DNA of 49,021 nt, taken from Octopus bimaculoides. Taxonomy: Eukaryota. Positions 1-13,022 of the stretch are shown piece by piece. The position numbers were made by a program, and so were the translations under genes. The DNA lies in the NCBI RefSeq assembly GCF_001194135.2, contig NC_068983.1:113467843-113516863 (forward strand), read 5' to 3'. Every line of letters begins with the position of its first letter. Position 1 is the first letter of the stretch. Under the pieces are notes generated by a model. That model did no database searches. It saw only the letters and a list, made by a program, of their open reading frames with translations, and was not told the origin of the DNA.

Positions 1-75
1 GGAAGGCGAAGGCGGGGAAGGCGAAGGCGGGGAAGGCGAAGGCGGGGAAGGCGAAGGCGGGGAAGGCGAAGGCGG
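1..75 (+). repeat. 15-bp G-rich minisatellite (GGAAGGCGAAGGCGG)x5, truncated by the window edge and followed by degenerate G-tracts to about 150
   Basis: Five exact units read directly from the sequence. Confidence 0.95.
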
Positions 76-169
76 GGAGGCGAGAGTGGGGAAAGCATGG
101 GTGGAGTGTGGGTTAGGTTGAGGTTGGGGGTAGAGGTAGGGGTATGTAGGTAGGCATGTCTCTTACCAT

Positions 170-335
170 CTACTGAGCACTTAACCTTTTTCTCCGTACC
201 ATTCTCTACTTTTGTGTAACATTTTCCAGTTTCGGGGCATTGCCTGTCTTGAAATAACCCATATGGCTTCTATGTCTCTTTTTTAAATTTCAGTTTAAAC
301 CACCCTTTGTTAAAAGAACGTTTTCGCACTCCTGA
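170..335 (-). mobile_element. Possible decayed Tigger/pogo (CENP-B HTH) fragment
   Basis: Minus-strand translation RSFNKGWFKLKFKKRH resembles the CENP-B-type 'SxGWFxxFKKRH' motif. The rest is broken by stops. Confidence 0.35.
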
Positions 336-854
336 TTAGTAACATCTTCCATATTGCTCTTACGAACTCATAGCTTAACCGATATCCCACATGTTCCTCA
401 CCTTCTGACATTCACACATTCACACCACAAGCATAACAGCTATATATACATCAACTTCTCACACGTCACTAACCAACACCACCATATTTCTACACTCGCA
501 TACCTCTATCCACATACAAAAACCACACTATCCCAGACGCACGCACACATGTGTATGACGACTACCAGATTAGAAAACTCATCCGCTCCTTTTTTCCGTT
601 TTATTAACACAATCCATAGAATTTCTACTTGGCTGCTAAGTCATTACCTGTTTTCCCCACTGACTATTTCTGCTTTTCAATCTATCTATATGAGTTCTGT
701 CTTCTGGTGAAGAACGAACGTCCGAAACGTTAGGGTTCTTGCACTTTTAATCTGTTTATTTGATATCTTGTCAAATTTTATTTTTCGTGGGTATTCCATT
801 TCATAGTTCAATGTAATTTCACTGTATTTATGTACACAAACTTTCACGCACTTA

Positions 855-892
855 CGTACATACCTACCTACATACATACATACATACATACA

Positions 893-960
<68 letters not shown>
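855..960. repeat. (TACA)n/(TA)n microsatellite, one of many (TA, TG/CA, GA, ATT, CAT, GATA) tracts in the window
   Basis: Directly visible. Similar tracts occur at about 1785-1840, 12628-12685, 16127-16207, 17589-17647, 35665-35720, 37586-37668 and 46133-46220. Confidence 0.95.
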
Positions 961-964
<4 letters not shown>

Positions 965-1500
965 GCAGGAGTGGCAACAAAAGAAAGAAAGAGACCTCGA
1001 TATTATGCAAATAGAGGAATATATCTGTAAAAATATGTGACACTTATTCAGTAGCCATGATAAAACTCCGAGTTTCTGATGCCCGGGCGGTGTTCCGCAC
1101 CGGCCATCTCTTCAGTTATCCAACTACCGGAGATTCTATTTGAAAAACCGTTTGAAAAATCGCTATAGGGACGAAAACAAAGGGAAATAAGCAACCATAA
1201 CCATAAACAAAGGGAAATTACTGTGTGGTGTCAAACCCGTCTAAAATTGCGTATATCATACACGCACATACCTCAAAGTGCGCACATTTATATCTACGTA
1301 CGCACGTAACCTCGCACTTATGCTGTTCCTTGTGCGTATCTGTACGCGCACGGAAAAGAGGTTTGGAGGGGAGGAAAAAACAGAAATACTATATGTTGGA
1401 AAATACATTAACCCTATACCAATGTAGGAACCTAAAAATAATTAAAATTATATTATAATATCGAAATATAAAAATAAAATAAAAAAATAATATTCAGGTA
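961..1500 (-). mobile_element. Non-coding Penelope-like pseudo-LTR or retrozyme-like element carrying a hammerhead motif, 3' end abutting (TA)n
   Basis: Contains the hammerhead at 1049-1129, has an upstream TATAAAT and ends at a TA microsatellite. The 5' boundary is approximate and the family assignment is inference. Confidence 0.45.
1049..1129 (-). ncRNA. Type I hammerhead ribozyme motif
   Basis: Minus strand: CGGUAGUUG-GAUAA / CUGAAGA (1115-1109) / stem II GAUGGCCGGUGCGG-AACA-CCGCCCGGGCAUC (12 WC pairs, 1 G.G mismatch, 1 bulge) / extra A / GAAA / stem III ACU-CGG-AGU / U17 / UUAUC-AU-GGCUACUG. Stem I has 5 perfect bp plus 8 further bp including wobbles. Predicted cut between 1064 and 1063. 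Confidence 0.7.
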
Positions 1501-1782
1501 AAAAGGTGAAAGAACTTAAAATGGGAGCGCATCAGCACAAAATATTTTAAAATATATATTAAAAAATATAAATAAAAATATATATATATAAAGTATACGA
1601 AATAATTATAGAGGCACAAAAAAAATATAAAAATATATATGTAATAGGAAGCAAGTGCAATCTGTAGCCTCAGGGGGACCAAAAACGTAGTAAACATTTG
1701 GTTACATGTGGACATGATCCGAAGAGTTCAGTCTTTGAATTTAGACATGTGGTAGGGTCCAAGCTGCCTTTCCAAATGAGCC

Positions 1783-1841
<59 letters not shown>

Positions 1842-3500
1842 CATGTATGTATGCATGTACGTGCGCGTGTTTGTGTACATAAATATAGTGCAATTACAAC
1901 GTATTATTATTATCATTATTATTATTATCATCATCATCATCATCATTTTCATATATGGTACGAAACAAATGTACTGGTATTTTATGTACGTGTAAGATCT
2001 CAGATTTTTTTGGGCTCTGAGTTTACATTTTCCCAGGAACAACTTTTCTTTGCCTTTCACTTCGATAAGCAAAGTACCATTCTTGAACATCGGATTGACA
2101 GACATTTACTTTTCGGTATCTTTTCGAAATCAATGCGCGCTGAATTGGGTCGATTTTTGTCGTCTGGGATCGAGCCAATGTGTCTCACTGATCTACTGTG
2201 TTTAATTTGAATCGACTAAAAACCCTCGATTCAGGTTACTGTAACAGAGTGCTAGTCTGAGAAAACATTGCAAATACGTTTTGGGGCTTAATTTAGGTCC
2301 ATAAATTTCCCTAAACATTACTAACATGATTGTTGCTGCCATATTTTCTCCTTCGAACGTTTGACATCATTCATATTAAACTAATTTCCTGTTTTTAACG
2401 GCTATAGACGGTATATGGCAACGGTTAATGATGCAATTAGAATGACATATTATTCGTAACGTTCAACATTCAGTACGTGCTTATAATTTCAGACAATGCT
2501 TTATAATTACTTCGTATTTTCAAAAGTATTGATCAAGCTACTTTTCAGAAAGAACAGACAACGAGATCCATAGAGAATTGTAATACAGAACTAGACATAT
2601 ATTAATTTGTAAATTAATTTATTATGTGTGTTTGTGTGTGTCTGTGTGTGTTTGTGTGAGTGTGTGTATGAGAGTGAGAGAGTGTGTGTGGGTGGGTCTA
2701 TTATATAACTTTATATTATATATTATTGTGTTAAATAATATTATATTATATAATATATTATATTATATTTTTCGAGGAAATAGCGCTATAGAAAATTATG
2801 TAGAACAATATAGCTTATCACCACTATCACACCGTTATTGTCATTTTCATCTCAGTCTTCATCGTCGTCATCATCATCATCATCATCATCGTTCTGCTCA
2901 TACATTACCATCACACTTCAACTTAATTACACCCAAGGTGTGACAAGCTGTCCTTTATCATAAGCTTCCATAGCTATCTGCGTGTCGTAATTGAATGGCC
3001 TACGGGCGTTTTACCGAGTCATACCTACAGCATCTGTTAAACACATTAGATATAACCATGCATTCGTCTGTAAATGTTATAACGCATTCACTGCTGAACA
3101 TTGGGAAACGAATAAACTATCAGAGGAGCACAACTAAATATCGCAACGAAATTTCTGGGACATTCTAACAATTCCACCAACTCATCGCCCCCGTACGCTT
3201 TGAAATTAACGTCAATATCTTATTAGCAATATTGACGTTTAACTTAGTTAAAGAGCATTGAAAAAGGAAAAGTGTAAATCATTTTAAGCTGAAAGCAATT
3301 TTCTTTTCTACTTCTTCACATATACACTTGTCAATGCTTTGACAAGTAACAAGGTAATATTTGGAATACTGAAGAAAGAAAACTTAAGCTTGTGTGTGTG
3401 TGTATGTATGTGTGTGTGTGTGTGTGTGTCTGTGTCTATGTGTCTGTGTGTGCGTATGTGAATGTAAATATACGTACATATGCTTATAAACAAATAAGTG

Positions 3501-3536
<36 letters not shown>

Positions 3537-3922
3537 TGTGTTTTTAAAAGTACATGTGCGTGTATGTACGCACACGCACTCACATATACATGTACACTTA
3601 GAATTAGTGAAACCTTCATTTTGTATTAACGGTGAAGGAAAAGAATTTCTCCTTATAAGCAATGTATATTATACACACTAAGCTTGGATATAAATGATGT
3701 CATCAGACGGTAGAAAACGCGTTTCTGTTCTGCTGCATTTCATCAGTTGTGAATACTGAATACATAGTCCGTGGCCCTCTACGATACGATCTGCATTCTT
3801 ACATGTATGCGCAAATTGCATTCGTACATGTATGTACGAATTACCGTTCTTACATGTATGCAGAAAAATTAAATTTTCTGGCGTGTGCAATGCTTTGTCA
3901 AACCAGAATTTATTAAGTAATT

Positions 3923-4296
3923 GTTGTTGGCACTCCGTCGCTTACGACGTCGAGGGTTCCAGTTGATCTGATCAACCAAACAGCCTGCTCATGAAATTAA
4001 CGAGCAAGTGGCTGAGCACTCCACAGACACGTGTACCCTTAACGTAGTTCTCGGGGATATTCAGTGTGACAAGGTTGAACCTTTGAATTACAGGCACAAC
4101 AGAAACAGGAAGTAAGAGTGAGAGAAAGTTGTGGTGAAAGAGTACAGCAGGGTTCGCCACCATCCCCTGCCGGAGCCTCGTGGAGCTTTAGGTGTTTTCG
4201 CTCAATAAACACTCACAACGCCCGGTCTGGGAATCGAAACCGCGATCCTATGACCGCGAGTCCGCTGCCCTAGCCACTGGGCCATTGCGCCTCCAC
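3923..4296 (-). mobile_element. Full-length young tRNA-derived SINE (family A) with (CAA)n tail
   Basis: Head GGAGGCGCAATGGCCCAGTGG with A box and B-box-like GTTTCGATTCC. 11-bp TSD ATTAAGTAATT at 3912-3922 and 4297-4307. Near-identical copy at 22912-23298. Confidence 0.92.
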
Positions 4297-5157
4297 ATTA
4301 AGTAATTAAATGTATATTAACACTAAGCAACGATGATGAAAATAAAGGTGTGTATATATACATTTAATATGTTCATGTACACTCAAACACGGAAATACTT
4401 TAACTACTGTAACTGCCTTGGAAGAGAAATTCTCCTTGTCAAGAACATGAAAGAACTTTACCCACGAAGCTAAGAAAAGTTCTCGCTGTAAAGATCATTT
4501 CATGTTAGAATGTACACGAAAGAAATCAACGAGAAACGAGGTTACAGTTAAATAAACTAATAGTAGCATCCAGCAAAAGTATTATTTATCTGCTAACAAA
4601 CAAGATCAAATCAGCACTATAAACGTACCACAAGGTTCTTAAGGAAGTAGAGGTTTATAGTTAAATAGCATGTCAGTAAACAGGTTGTCTGTGAAAGATA
4701 TTGCGTTATTAATTTATACTATTATTAGTAGAATGTTAAAGCGCTGAACAAAATTGTTTACATTGCAGTATTTCTTATAGAATTTTCTGTACTGAGATCA
4801 AATCCTGATAAGATCAGCCTACCCTTTCATTGCTCCTGGAGTAGTGGATTAGATAAAATATAGTACAATGGTTAATCGGCTATTCCTTCCTGCCAGTTTT
4901 CTCACCTTCTTTATATAAGGTGGAAGTGTATATAAATCTGCACGTGTGTTTTCTATGATTACATTAATCACAACTTTGCAATACACTTTTTTTCATGAGA
5001 TAAGGAACTGGTTTCAGTTTTTGAATAGTTTATCGAACGCGAAATAAAATGGAAATTAGAATCAATACTGTTGATACTTTAACAAATAATATACAAGAAG
5101 TTCTATATACAATAGCCGCTATATAGGCCTATACAAAGACTCAATGATTACTTTGTT

Positions 5158-5480
5158 TATTGGTTGGTTGGTTGGTTGGTTGGTTGGTTGGTTGGTTGGT
5201 TGGTTGGTTGGTNNNNNNNNNNNNNNNNNNNNNNNNNNNNNNNNNNNNNNNNNNNNNNNNNNNNNNNNNNNNNNNNNNNNNNNNNNNNNNNNNNNNNNNN
5301 NNNNNNNNNNNNNNNNNNNNNNNNNNNNNNNNNNNNNNNNNNNNNNNNNNNNNNNNNNNNNNNNNNNNNTGGTTAGTTGATTGGTCGGTCGGTCGGTCGG
5401 TTGGTTGGTTAGTTGGCTGGTTGGTTGGTTGGTTGGTTGGTCGGTCGGTCGGTCGGTCGGTTGGTTGGTTGGTTGGTTGA
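5158..5480. repeat. (GGTT)n/(GGTC)n tetranucleotide array spanning assembly gap 5213-5369
   Basis: Directly visible. Confidence 0.95.
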
Positions 5481-5984
5481 TTGGATTATTTCTCTAGTCA
5501 CGCTTTACATCCTATAGAGAGGAGAGAAAGAGCAAAAGACAGACAGAAATATACAAAGTGAGTTGACATAACAAGTAGGAGACGAGTGCTTAGTGGGAAG
5601 CAATGTGTGAAAGAAAGCAATATGCACGTACACACAACAAGGGAAAATCATAGAAACGAAGGAAGAGTAAATGACAAAGTGATTATGGCGGAGAAATGCA
5701 CTCATGTATGTGTGAAATCTTTGATGTGGAGTTGATAGGATAAATTTACAATTTAAAATTCGAAATAGCCCGTATACGCAATGTATGTAGCATGAAACGT
5801 GGTATATACATTATTGTGGAAAAAAGATTTTCACCATAATCCAAAGTTTATAAACAAAACTAAAACGAGAGAAACTGAAAACAAGATTAGTCTCTGTGTT
5901 GGTTTTATATTGTGGAAGTTCACACGCAGACACTCATCAACGCTTTCTCTTTCTCTCTCTCTATCTTACACACACACACACACA

Positions 5985-6019
<35 letters not shown>

Positions 6020-6029
6020 ATATGAGGGG

Positions 6030-6457
6030 TATAGTTCACTGATGATATAAACCACTGTGTCAGTGCTGTAATTGGTCAGCAGTAAGGTACTAAGTTCACA
6101 GCTGAGGTAGTAGGTATACGTTAGAGGACAAAACACAAAACCAAAGCAGGACGAGTATCTCAGGTCATTTAAAATATTTAATTAGTGTAACAGGAATTAG
6201 AAGTAATTAATGTCATACAGCTGTTTCTGGGATACTGCAGGTGATGGGTCAGCATCTCCATACACTGGGTATTCCGTCATCAGAGACAAGGTAAGTATGT
6301 AGGAAAGTTTCAGATAGAGAAATCATAATGTATAAAAGAATAAAAGAGTAGGTAGAAGAATAAAGGTAGGAGAATAAAGTTCACAGCACATCTTATTCTA
6401 GGAGGTATTGAGGTTGGTCCGTAAATCCATGAAGCTATAGGTACATTTTCCTCTAAG

Positions 6458-6460
<3 letters not shown>
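6030..6460 (-). mobile_element. Probable 3' end or pseudo-LTR of a Penelope-like element
   Basis: Contains the hammerhead at 6210-6289 about 110 nt downstream of a minus-strand frame ending ...FMDLRTNLNTS*, weakly like a GIY-YIG C-terminal 'PxLN'. Flanked by microsatellites. Confidence 0.4.
6210..6289 (-). ncRNA. Minimal type I hammerhead ribozyme motif (2-bp helix III, palindromic AGCU loop), partly decayed
   Basis: Minus strand: UUGUCU / CUGAUGA (6283-6277) / long imperfect stem II CGGAAUAC...GUAUCCCA / GAAAC-AGCU-GUA / UGACA. Stem I is UGUC/GACA with a U.U first pair. Predicted cut between 6216 and 6215. Confidence 0.6.
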
Positions 6461-6496
<36 letters not shown>

Positions 6497-6738
6497 NNNN
6501 NNNNNNNNNNNNNNNNNNNNNNNNNNNNNNNNNNNNNNNNNNNNNNNNNNNNNNNNNNNNNNNNNNNNNNNNNNNNNNNNNNNNNNAAAGAAAATGAGTG
6601 AGAGAGGCATACGTCCAGTTTGGTATTTCCATCACCTATTTTGATTCTTATAACTTACCGAAAAGTTCACGTTTTTATGAAATGTTAATAAAATTTAGAA
6701 AATTAATTTGGGGAAAGAGTTTTTGGACCATCCCCACT

Positions 6739-6840
6739 CCCCATCACAGTCCATCCTCTCTTCTCATCACAGACCATCCTCACTCCCCATCACAGACCGT
6801 CCTCAACCCCCCCCCCATCACAGACCATCCTATCTTCCCA
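6739..6840 (+). repeat. Degenerate ~22-25 bp C-rich minisatellite (CCCATCACAGACCATCCT core) x4
   Basis: The core CATCACAG(A/T)CC recurs four times. Confidence 0.75.
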
Positions 6841-9800
6841 TCTGTAACCTTACAATTTTTCACTATTCTTTACGAAGTGTATATTTGAAACCTCAACATT
6901 ATGTAATCTGCATTCTCGAAAACGTAATTCTGGAGAATGTCGAGAGACCCGAGATTGGGAGGCTCGCTGAAGAAGTTACAGGATGTGTGACAAAATATTT
7001 CCAGAGAAAGGACATAAAATAAGGACAAACGTTTGGGAATTCCACCTATGGACGTAGTGTAAATAAAATCTGGAATATTTATGATTAATTAAACTGGCTT
7101 TATTTCTCTTTTATAGCATTTGCTTTAATTTTACAAATAATAAAACATTATATAATAGAATTTTTGCAGCAATTTTGGGATTCAGGAATATTTATTTCTG
7201 GGCTGAGTAACAGTTAGATAGCCGACGATGGGGTGGAACTGGCCGCATGTATCATGTAGTCTTAAGAGCAGCTGATGTATTGCTATAGCATGTAACATTT
7301 TTCAATTGCCGAATACTGAACACAGTAAAAAAAATAACATCGCAAAATATTTTACCCTTATTTTAAAATTTGTTTTCGCTTTTAATGAAAAGGATTAAAT
7401 GTTTTATTAACAAGACTATACATGATGTGCACGGGTGTGTTTAAAGTCGATTGAATTTCTTCTGAGACATGATTACTTATCATTTTCTTGTTCTATGAGG
7501 ACAAAAGACAAAGTTAACACCAGTCGTTAACTAAAACCACAAAGCTTGTTTGACTTTTTGCCGATTCTAAACGCTTCTTTTTATAGTCAGTTACATTGAC
7601 TGCGTACTGACTACCAGAAAGCGACGATAAGACAGAATCAACAGTGTACCTTTCAATACCCGTTCTACGTTCAAATCATGCTAAGCTCTACTTAGCATTT
7701 CATCCTTTCTATTTGATAACGTACGATTATAGACTGTTGGATTACTGGGTTTGATAGAGCGTCGATTGGTATGCTTTGCAATATCAATTCCACTTCTGAA
7801 ATCGAATCCTAGTCAAGTGCTGATGGGCAGAGTTATTCACGGAAGCACTGAAAGCGTCAGCGTATTCAGGTAGGCCTACAACTAGCATAGATAAGCCGGA
7901 GGCATAGATATGCTGAAGCATCATTTAACAGTGGATCGAAATCAGATAGACGGATGAAACTAACCTGATGCTAATTTTGCCGACTTGCAGTATTAAAAAA
8001 GCATCATACCTTAGAATTCATTAAAATCTCGAAAGTGATGGAATATGTCTACTTACATTCTGAAATCAAATACCAAGATATTGACTTCGATATTTATTAA
8101 CCCATAATCCAATACAATAATTGTTACATTAGAATTGATTAAAACACACTCCTCCCCTAGAAATCTGTAGCTTTCTGCTAAAATTAGAGTTCGATTATCT
8201 TTAGGATGCTTTAAAGCATAATCAAAGTGTTAGGGTCGCTTTTTCTATCGCCATTTAGTGTCAGTAAAATGAATAAAAATCGCAGGTTTAACTCAGATCT
8301 AAATATTAAACCACTTCCATTTCAATAGATGTCGTTGTGCCGAATTTAATAATCAGCATCACGTTCACACCAACGACAAGCACATACAGGAGCTTCAAAC
8401 GGTCGCTCGAACTCCTAAAAATAGTAGTCATTCTTCAAATGACATTCTAGCTTCTTTTAAAAAGGAAACATTAATTAAAGTCGTTCTATGTTTACTGTAG
8501 TTCGAGAAAAAAACAATACGCTCACAACTGTTACACGTTTTACTCGGTCGATTTACTCGGTCAAGGCTGACGTGGAGTTAAACAAAACAACTATATCAAT
8601 AACAACACCATCATGACTTCATTAGCTCCCTTTAGAACTGTTTTTTTATGCACTCAATCAACGGAGATTTCTGACTTATCAGTTTCTAATTAGCATCAAT
8701 CTCTCGGTTGGAAACAATCCAAATATTACAATAGATACGTGAGTAGGAGGGATATTATTTTATGAAACTCATTTCCTTTAGTGCATCTCTAATTATGCAA
8801 ACACCTGTTTAGAGCACGCTAAAGATGATAATTTTGATTGTTTGTGTAGGGGGGAATTCGCTCTATCTCAACATTCTATCAGTCAATAAGATCTGCTAGC
8901 AATTGCAGCTAAATCTCATTAAAACGACACTGGTGTATTGGGAAAGGTAAGGAGGGAGTGCAAAAGATAATGTAGTTCTAAAATTGAGATGATCAATGTT
9001 GTAATGTCTTCAATAAGAGAGCTGGTCCATTGAAGCTGTCCCCAGCTTAGAAAACAGCAGCAACAAGTTTTTGCATTACCTATAACTATTGCATCTATCA
9101 TTGAAACGTATTTGCTTTGCTACCCTAATTACGACCGTCTACCTAGAAATACTAAGGGCTCTCTGCGTGGTCATTCTTCCTGCTAGTGTTATAAGTCAAA
9201 TCTTCCGCCAATCGTATTCTGCCGTTTTAAAAGGAAAAATTGAACAATAATATACAAGAACGTCTTAGATATGATTGTTTAGAAGACCCGATTTGAATCT
9301 CAAAAACAAAAACTACTACTCCTACTTCCGTCATTACTAAAGATTGCTAAGATAGATTTTGTGTCAGATCTTACTATTTTAAAGGTTTAAGGATACACAG
9401 GATAATGTATACACAATATAACCGAAAGAAAGCCACGGTGGTCACAGCTAAAACTTCTTTAATTCTAGGTCAGCTGGTTGTTAAGACTGAACTTGAGTTA
9501 ACTAATAGCAAATGAACGATGAAATAAAAAAGGTATCGGACGATTGACCGAGAAATCAAAAGATTGGTTCCTGACTACGTGTAGATTTGTGGTTAAACAC
9601 CTTATTGTCTTGCGTAGCTAGCTGAAAGCAGTTAGTTCAAGATAGAAACTATAGTCTGTTCGAAGCAGCATCGAACCTACAAAACTGACATTTTGTTTGT
9701 TAGCTTCCATTTTTGGCTTCAAATCCCCCAAAATGTATGGAGAAACCACTTCAGTATTAAACGTGGTTTTCCCAATTTTCTTGAATCCCCTTATGATTGA

Positions 9801-11160
9801 ATGTATTCGAGCACTAGTTTTAATTAAAGATTGCGTGTTATGGCTGGTGGTTAATAGTCTGTTCCACAGTAAACAAGCCCTTCACTGACACCCACCGTCA
9901 AGAGAACCTTTTTATAGTCTATGAGAGTTAACCAAAAGAATATAGAGAATGTATGGCTATTTTTGTACTTTCCAGAAAAATATTGCTATAAATGTACACC
10001 ATTAAATAGTTCTGTGTTACCAATACAAGTCTCAAACAACTTTGCATTTTCCCTTCTTTTTAAAGAAGAATATTTCAGGAAATAAAACTTTAAAGATGTT
10101 ATCGCCGTTTGGTTTTCTTTTCATAGAAATAACATCCAAATATCTAAAACCCGCAGTTATGGCGGAGTGTTCTATGTCATAAAATAGAATAATCAAGATA
10201 CATAGTATTAGAGAAAACAACAGAAAAAGAACTGAGTTCTTTTCTCAGTAGGATATAAAACATCTTGCAGCATGATGGGAGTGGATGTTACCTTTCAAAG
10301 GGCAACACTAAAGTTGAACATGAAAGTTGAGAATAATTTCTTAAAGAAGCCGCAATATATTGATATCAAACTTGCTGTGTTCTATGTCATTACTAAAAGT
10401 CATTAATTTCACTAACTACTACATTTATATACGAAAATAGTGTGCTTTATTTCTGATTTTAATATTTACTTACAGTCTTCGTCAGAAGTAGAGGTTAGTT
10501 AGAAAAGAGAAACTTTAGTTCTGTTGTCAATTATATTTGTGCCAACTTTATCTGTGGATGATGTAAATAAGTTGGCAGATTCGACTTATCATTAAACCAG
10601 TCAATAAAATCAAAGGAAATCCTGTAGTAATGAAAAGAAGCAATAGAAGAAAAGTTTAACTTTGCCAGAAAACGAGAGATCAAGCGAAACTAATGGAAAC
10701 AGTTCTTACGGTACTAGAGCGTTCCAGGTAATTGCCATGAAAAATCTAAAGACAGCAACTAGATATTTTTATAGTCTTTGCTTGAGTCACTTTTATCCAT
10801 GATACGTGGTTAATTCAATATTTCTTTCTAATTTTGTTTTATGAAGAATTTCATAACTCACTCGTTTTTGTTTCTTGGTTTACTTTTTTTTTTTTTTGTT
10901 ACAAATTGCACAGCTTAGATATTTGTTTCTCTATTGACTTTTTTCTGTATTGACTTGTTTCTGTATTGCATTTCAGGTCATCAGTCAAATGCTTGCTTGT
11001 GAAGTGATGCTGAAGATATCATTTACATACATATACCTATGTGTGTGTGTGAGTGTATGTGTGTCTGTGTGCCTGTGTCTGTGTCTGTATTTGCATGCAT
11101 ATATGCATGTATGCATTTATATATTTATTATCTATGTATGAATATGCATACATATGTGTG

Positions 11161-11197
<37 letters not shown>

Positions 11198-11620
11198 GTG
11201 TGTGCATGTGTATTTACAGTATGTCAACTATTTTCATATTCCCCTATCATATTTTATATATCTTATCCTACAAACAGCAAACAATTAATGCGATGCATGT
11301 AAAGAATTAAATAACCGATTATCAAATCACACAGTCATCTGTGAAAAAAATATAGTGTCATAAATGCTTCATAATGTTATCACTACTATGGACGCAGCAT
11401 ATCACACAGAGCAAGTGTATAACAGTCAGTATCAAAGTAGCGATAATCGACATGGCAAATAGATTAATTACCATTAATATATTATGGGAAACGGTGAAAT
11501 ACAAAACAACCAAACTTTATCAGCTATAATCTGTAGTGACACAACTTGTTATGGAACTACAATACATGGCAGAAACTGTATGACCAATGTGGAGCACCTT
11601 ATAAAGATCAAATCAACTCC

Positions 11621-12610
11621 CGGTTGAACCTCTTTAGTCCAGTATTCTGGGAGCTCGTAACTACTATAGTCCGGCACGTTTTGCATCTGCCATCATTAGT
11701 TTCCTGATCTGCTACCGGAGTGGGGCCGTAAGGCTCCAGAGTTGTGTATATTTACACTGGAACCGACAGCTGAGTGTTTGTGACGTATATTTCCTATATA
11801 TGTTACAGATGCTGTTAATTTCATACATTTAGTTGTATTTTCGTGCATCAGGATGTCTCGCATGAAAACAAAAGTTACAGAAAATGCTGAATAGCGTAAA
11901 CATAAAACATTTCCTGAATTTGAAAAGGTGGAGTTAGTAAAAAAAAAAGTTAGAAAAAGAACTTTCGATAAAGAGTCTGTGTGTGTATTTGGGTGTTGCA
12001 TCATTGATGGTGTATAATCTACAGGAACAAAGGAATAATATTTTAAAGAGTTTTATTCTGGAAATGAAAGCAAAGTTTAATGATTAAGAAAACTTTGGGA
12101 GTTGTCAGGAGTACAGAATTAGATTAGTATGCTTATAAAATGGTTATGCTCCAGTATAATAAAGGTGAAAGTTTTTCGGGAAAGATGCATATCGAGAAAG
12201 ACAAGTTTTTCATAAAGAACGAAAGGCTAGACTATTGCCCTGAATATTCAGAAGGGTGGTTACACAAGTTTAAGTGCACGGCTTCTAGGAAAAACTATTG
12301 GGAAAGCATACTATGTGCATGACTGACTTAGAGGGTCTTGCCGTTACTAAAGAGATTACACAGAAAAACCTAGTGGGATGAATAAACGTTGATAATGATA
12401 CGCCTATTGTTTATCAAACAACTGACCAAGAAATCGTGGAGATGCATCGGTTAGGTGAGAAAAATCAAGATGAGCCCAAAGAAAATGCAGAGGATAAAGA
12501 AAAATTGGAATGAAGAATTTCTATAGATGAATCTATCCAAATGGCGAAAGATTTTAGTCCAAGGCTAGAACAGAGAGACTTCATAACAGATCATGGAATC
12601 TATTTTCGTT
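11621..12610 (+). mobile_element. Internally deleted Tigger/pogo (Jerky-like) DNA transposon relic
   Basis: TIR-like start CGGTTGAACCTCTTTAGTCC. HTH_psq-like RKHKTFPEFEKVELVKK, CENP-B HTH GESFSGKMHIEK...YSEGWLHKFK, then directly the acidic C-terminus TDQEIVEM...ISIDESIQM...LEQRDFIT. The DDE domain is absent, and there are stops and frameshifts. Confidence 0.8.
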
Positions 12611-12625
12611 CAAAAGAACGGACGT

Positions 12626-12689
<64 letters not shown>

Positions 12690-12801
12690 ATCTTTTCACT
12701 TTTTAAAAAAATGTTTCTTGCAGCGTTCACTATTTTCCACTTGTTCTGGCATAACGACCCTCTGTGTTGGTTTTCGTTCGGTTTTTATATATGCATGCGT
12801 G

Positions 12802-12867
<66 letters not shown>

Positions 12868-13022
12868 TTTGGTATCCAGGAAATCCCAAATGGCAGGCAA
12901 TTCTATGTAAGTGCTACGGAAAGACCGGAGTTAGACTTCCGGTTCGATAATAGTGTAAGTGAGGAGTCTAATGCGGGTCGTGAGTGAGTATGTATATGTT
13001 AAATAAAATGAAACAACAAAGC

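Noticed and set aside
3695-3760. Minus-strand CUGAUGA...GAAACGCGUU hammerhead-like core
   Set aside because: The core spacing and the palindromic ACGCGU are suggestive, but stem I has only 2 bp and stem II cannot be formed.
5144-5480. ORFs containing X runs (also 5160-5480, 6398-6635 and 30441-31358)
   Set aside because: Their length comes from N gaps and (GGTT)n. Only the 30365-31534 frame has substantial open sequence on both sides of its gap.
6241-6296. Plus-strand exon candidate CAG|...AAG|GTAAGT (GDGSASPYTGYSVIRDK)
   Set aside because: Weak pyrimidine tract, and it coincides with the antisense of the hammerhead-bearing repeat.
10940-10990. Minus-strand CUGAUGA...GAAAC-AA-GUC core; also a plus-strand acceptor TTTCAG|GTC at 10976
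   Set aside because: No stem I or stem II for a ribozyme. As an exon it gives only GHQSNACL* with no supporting donor or homology.
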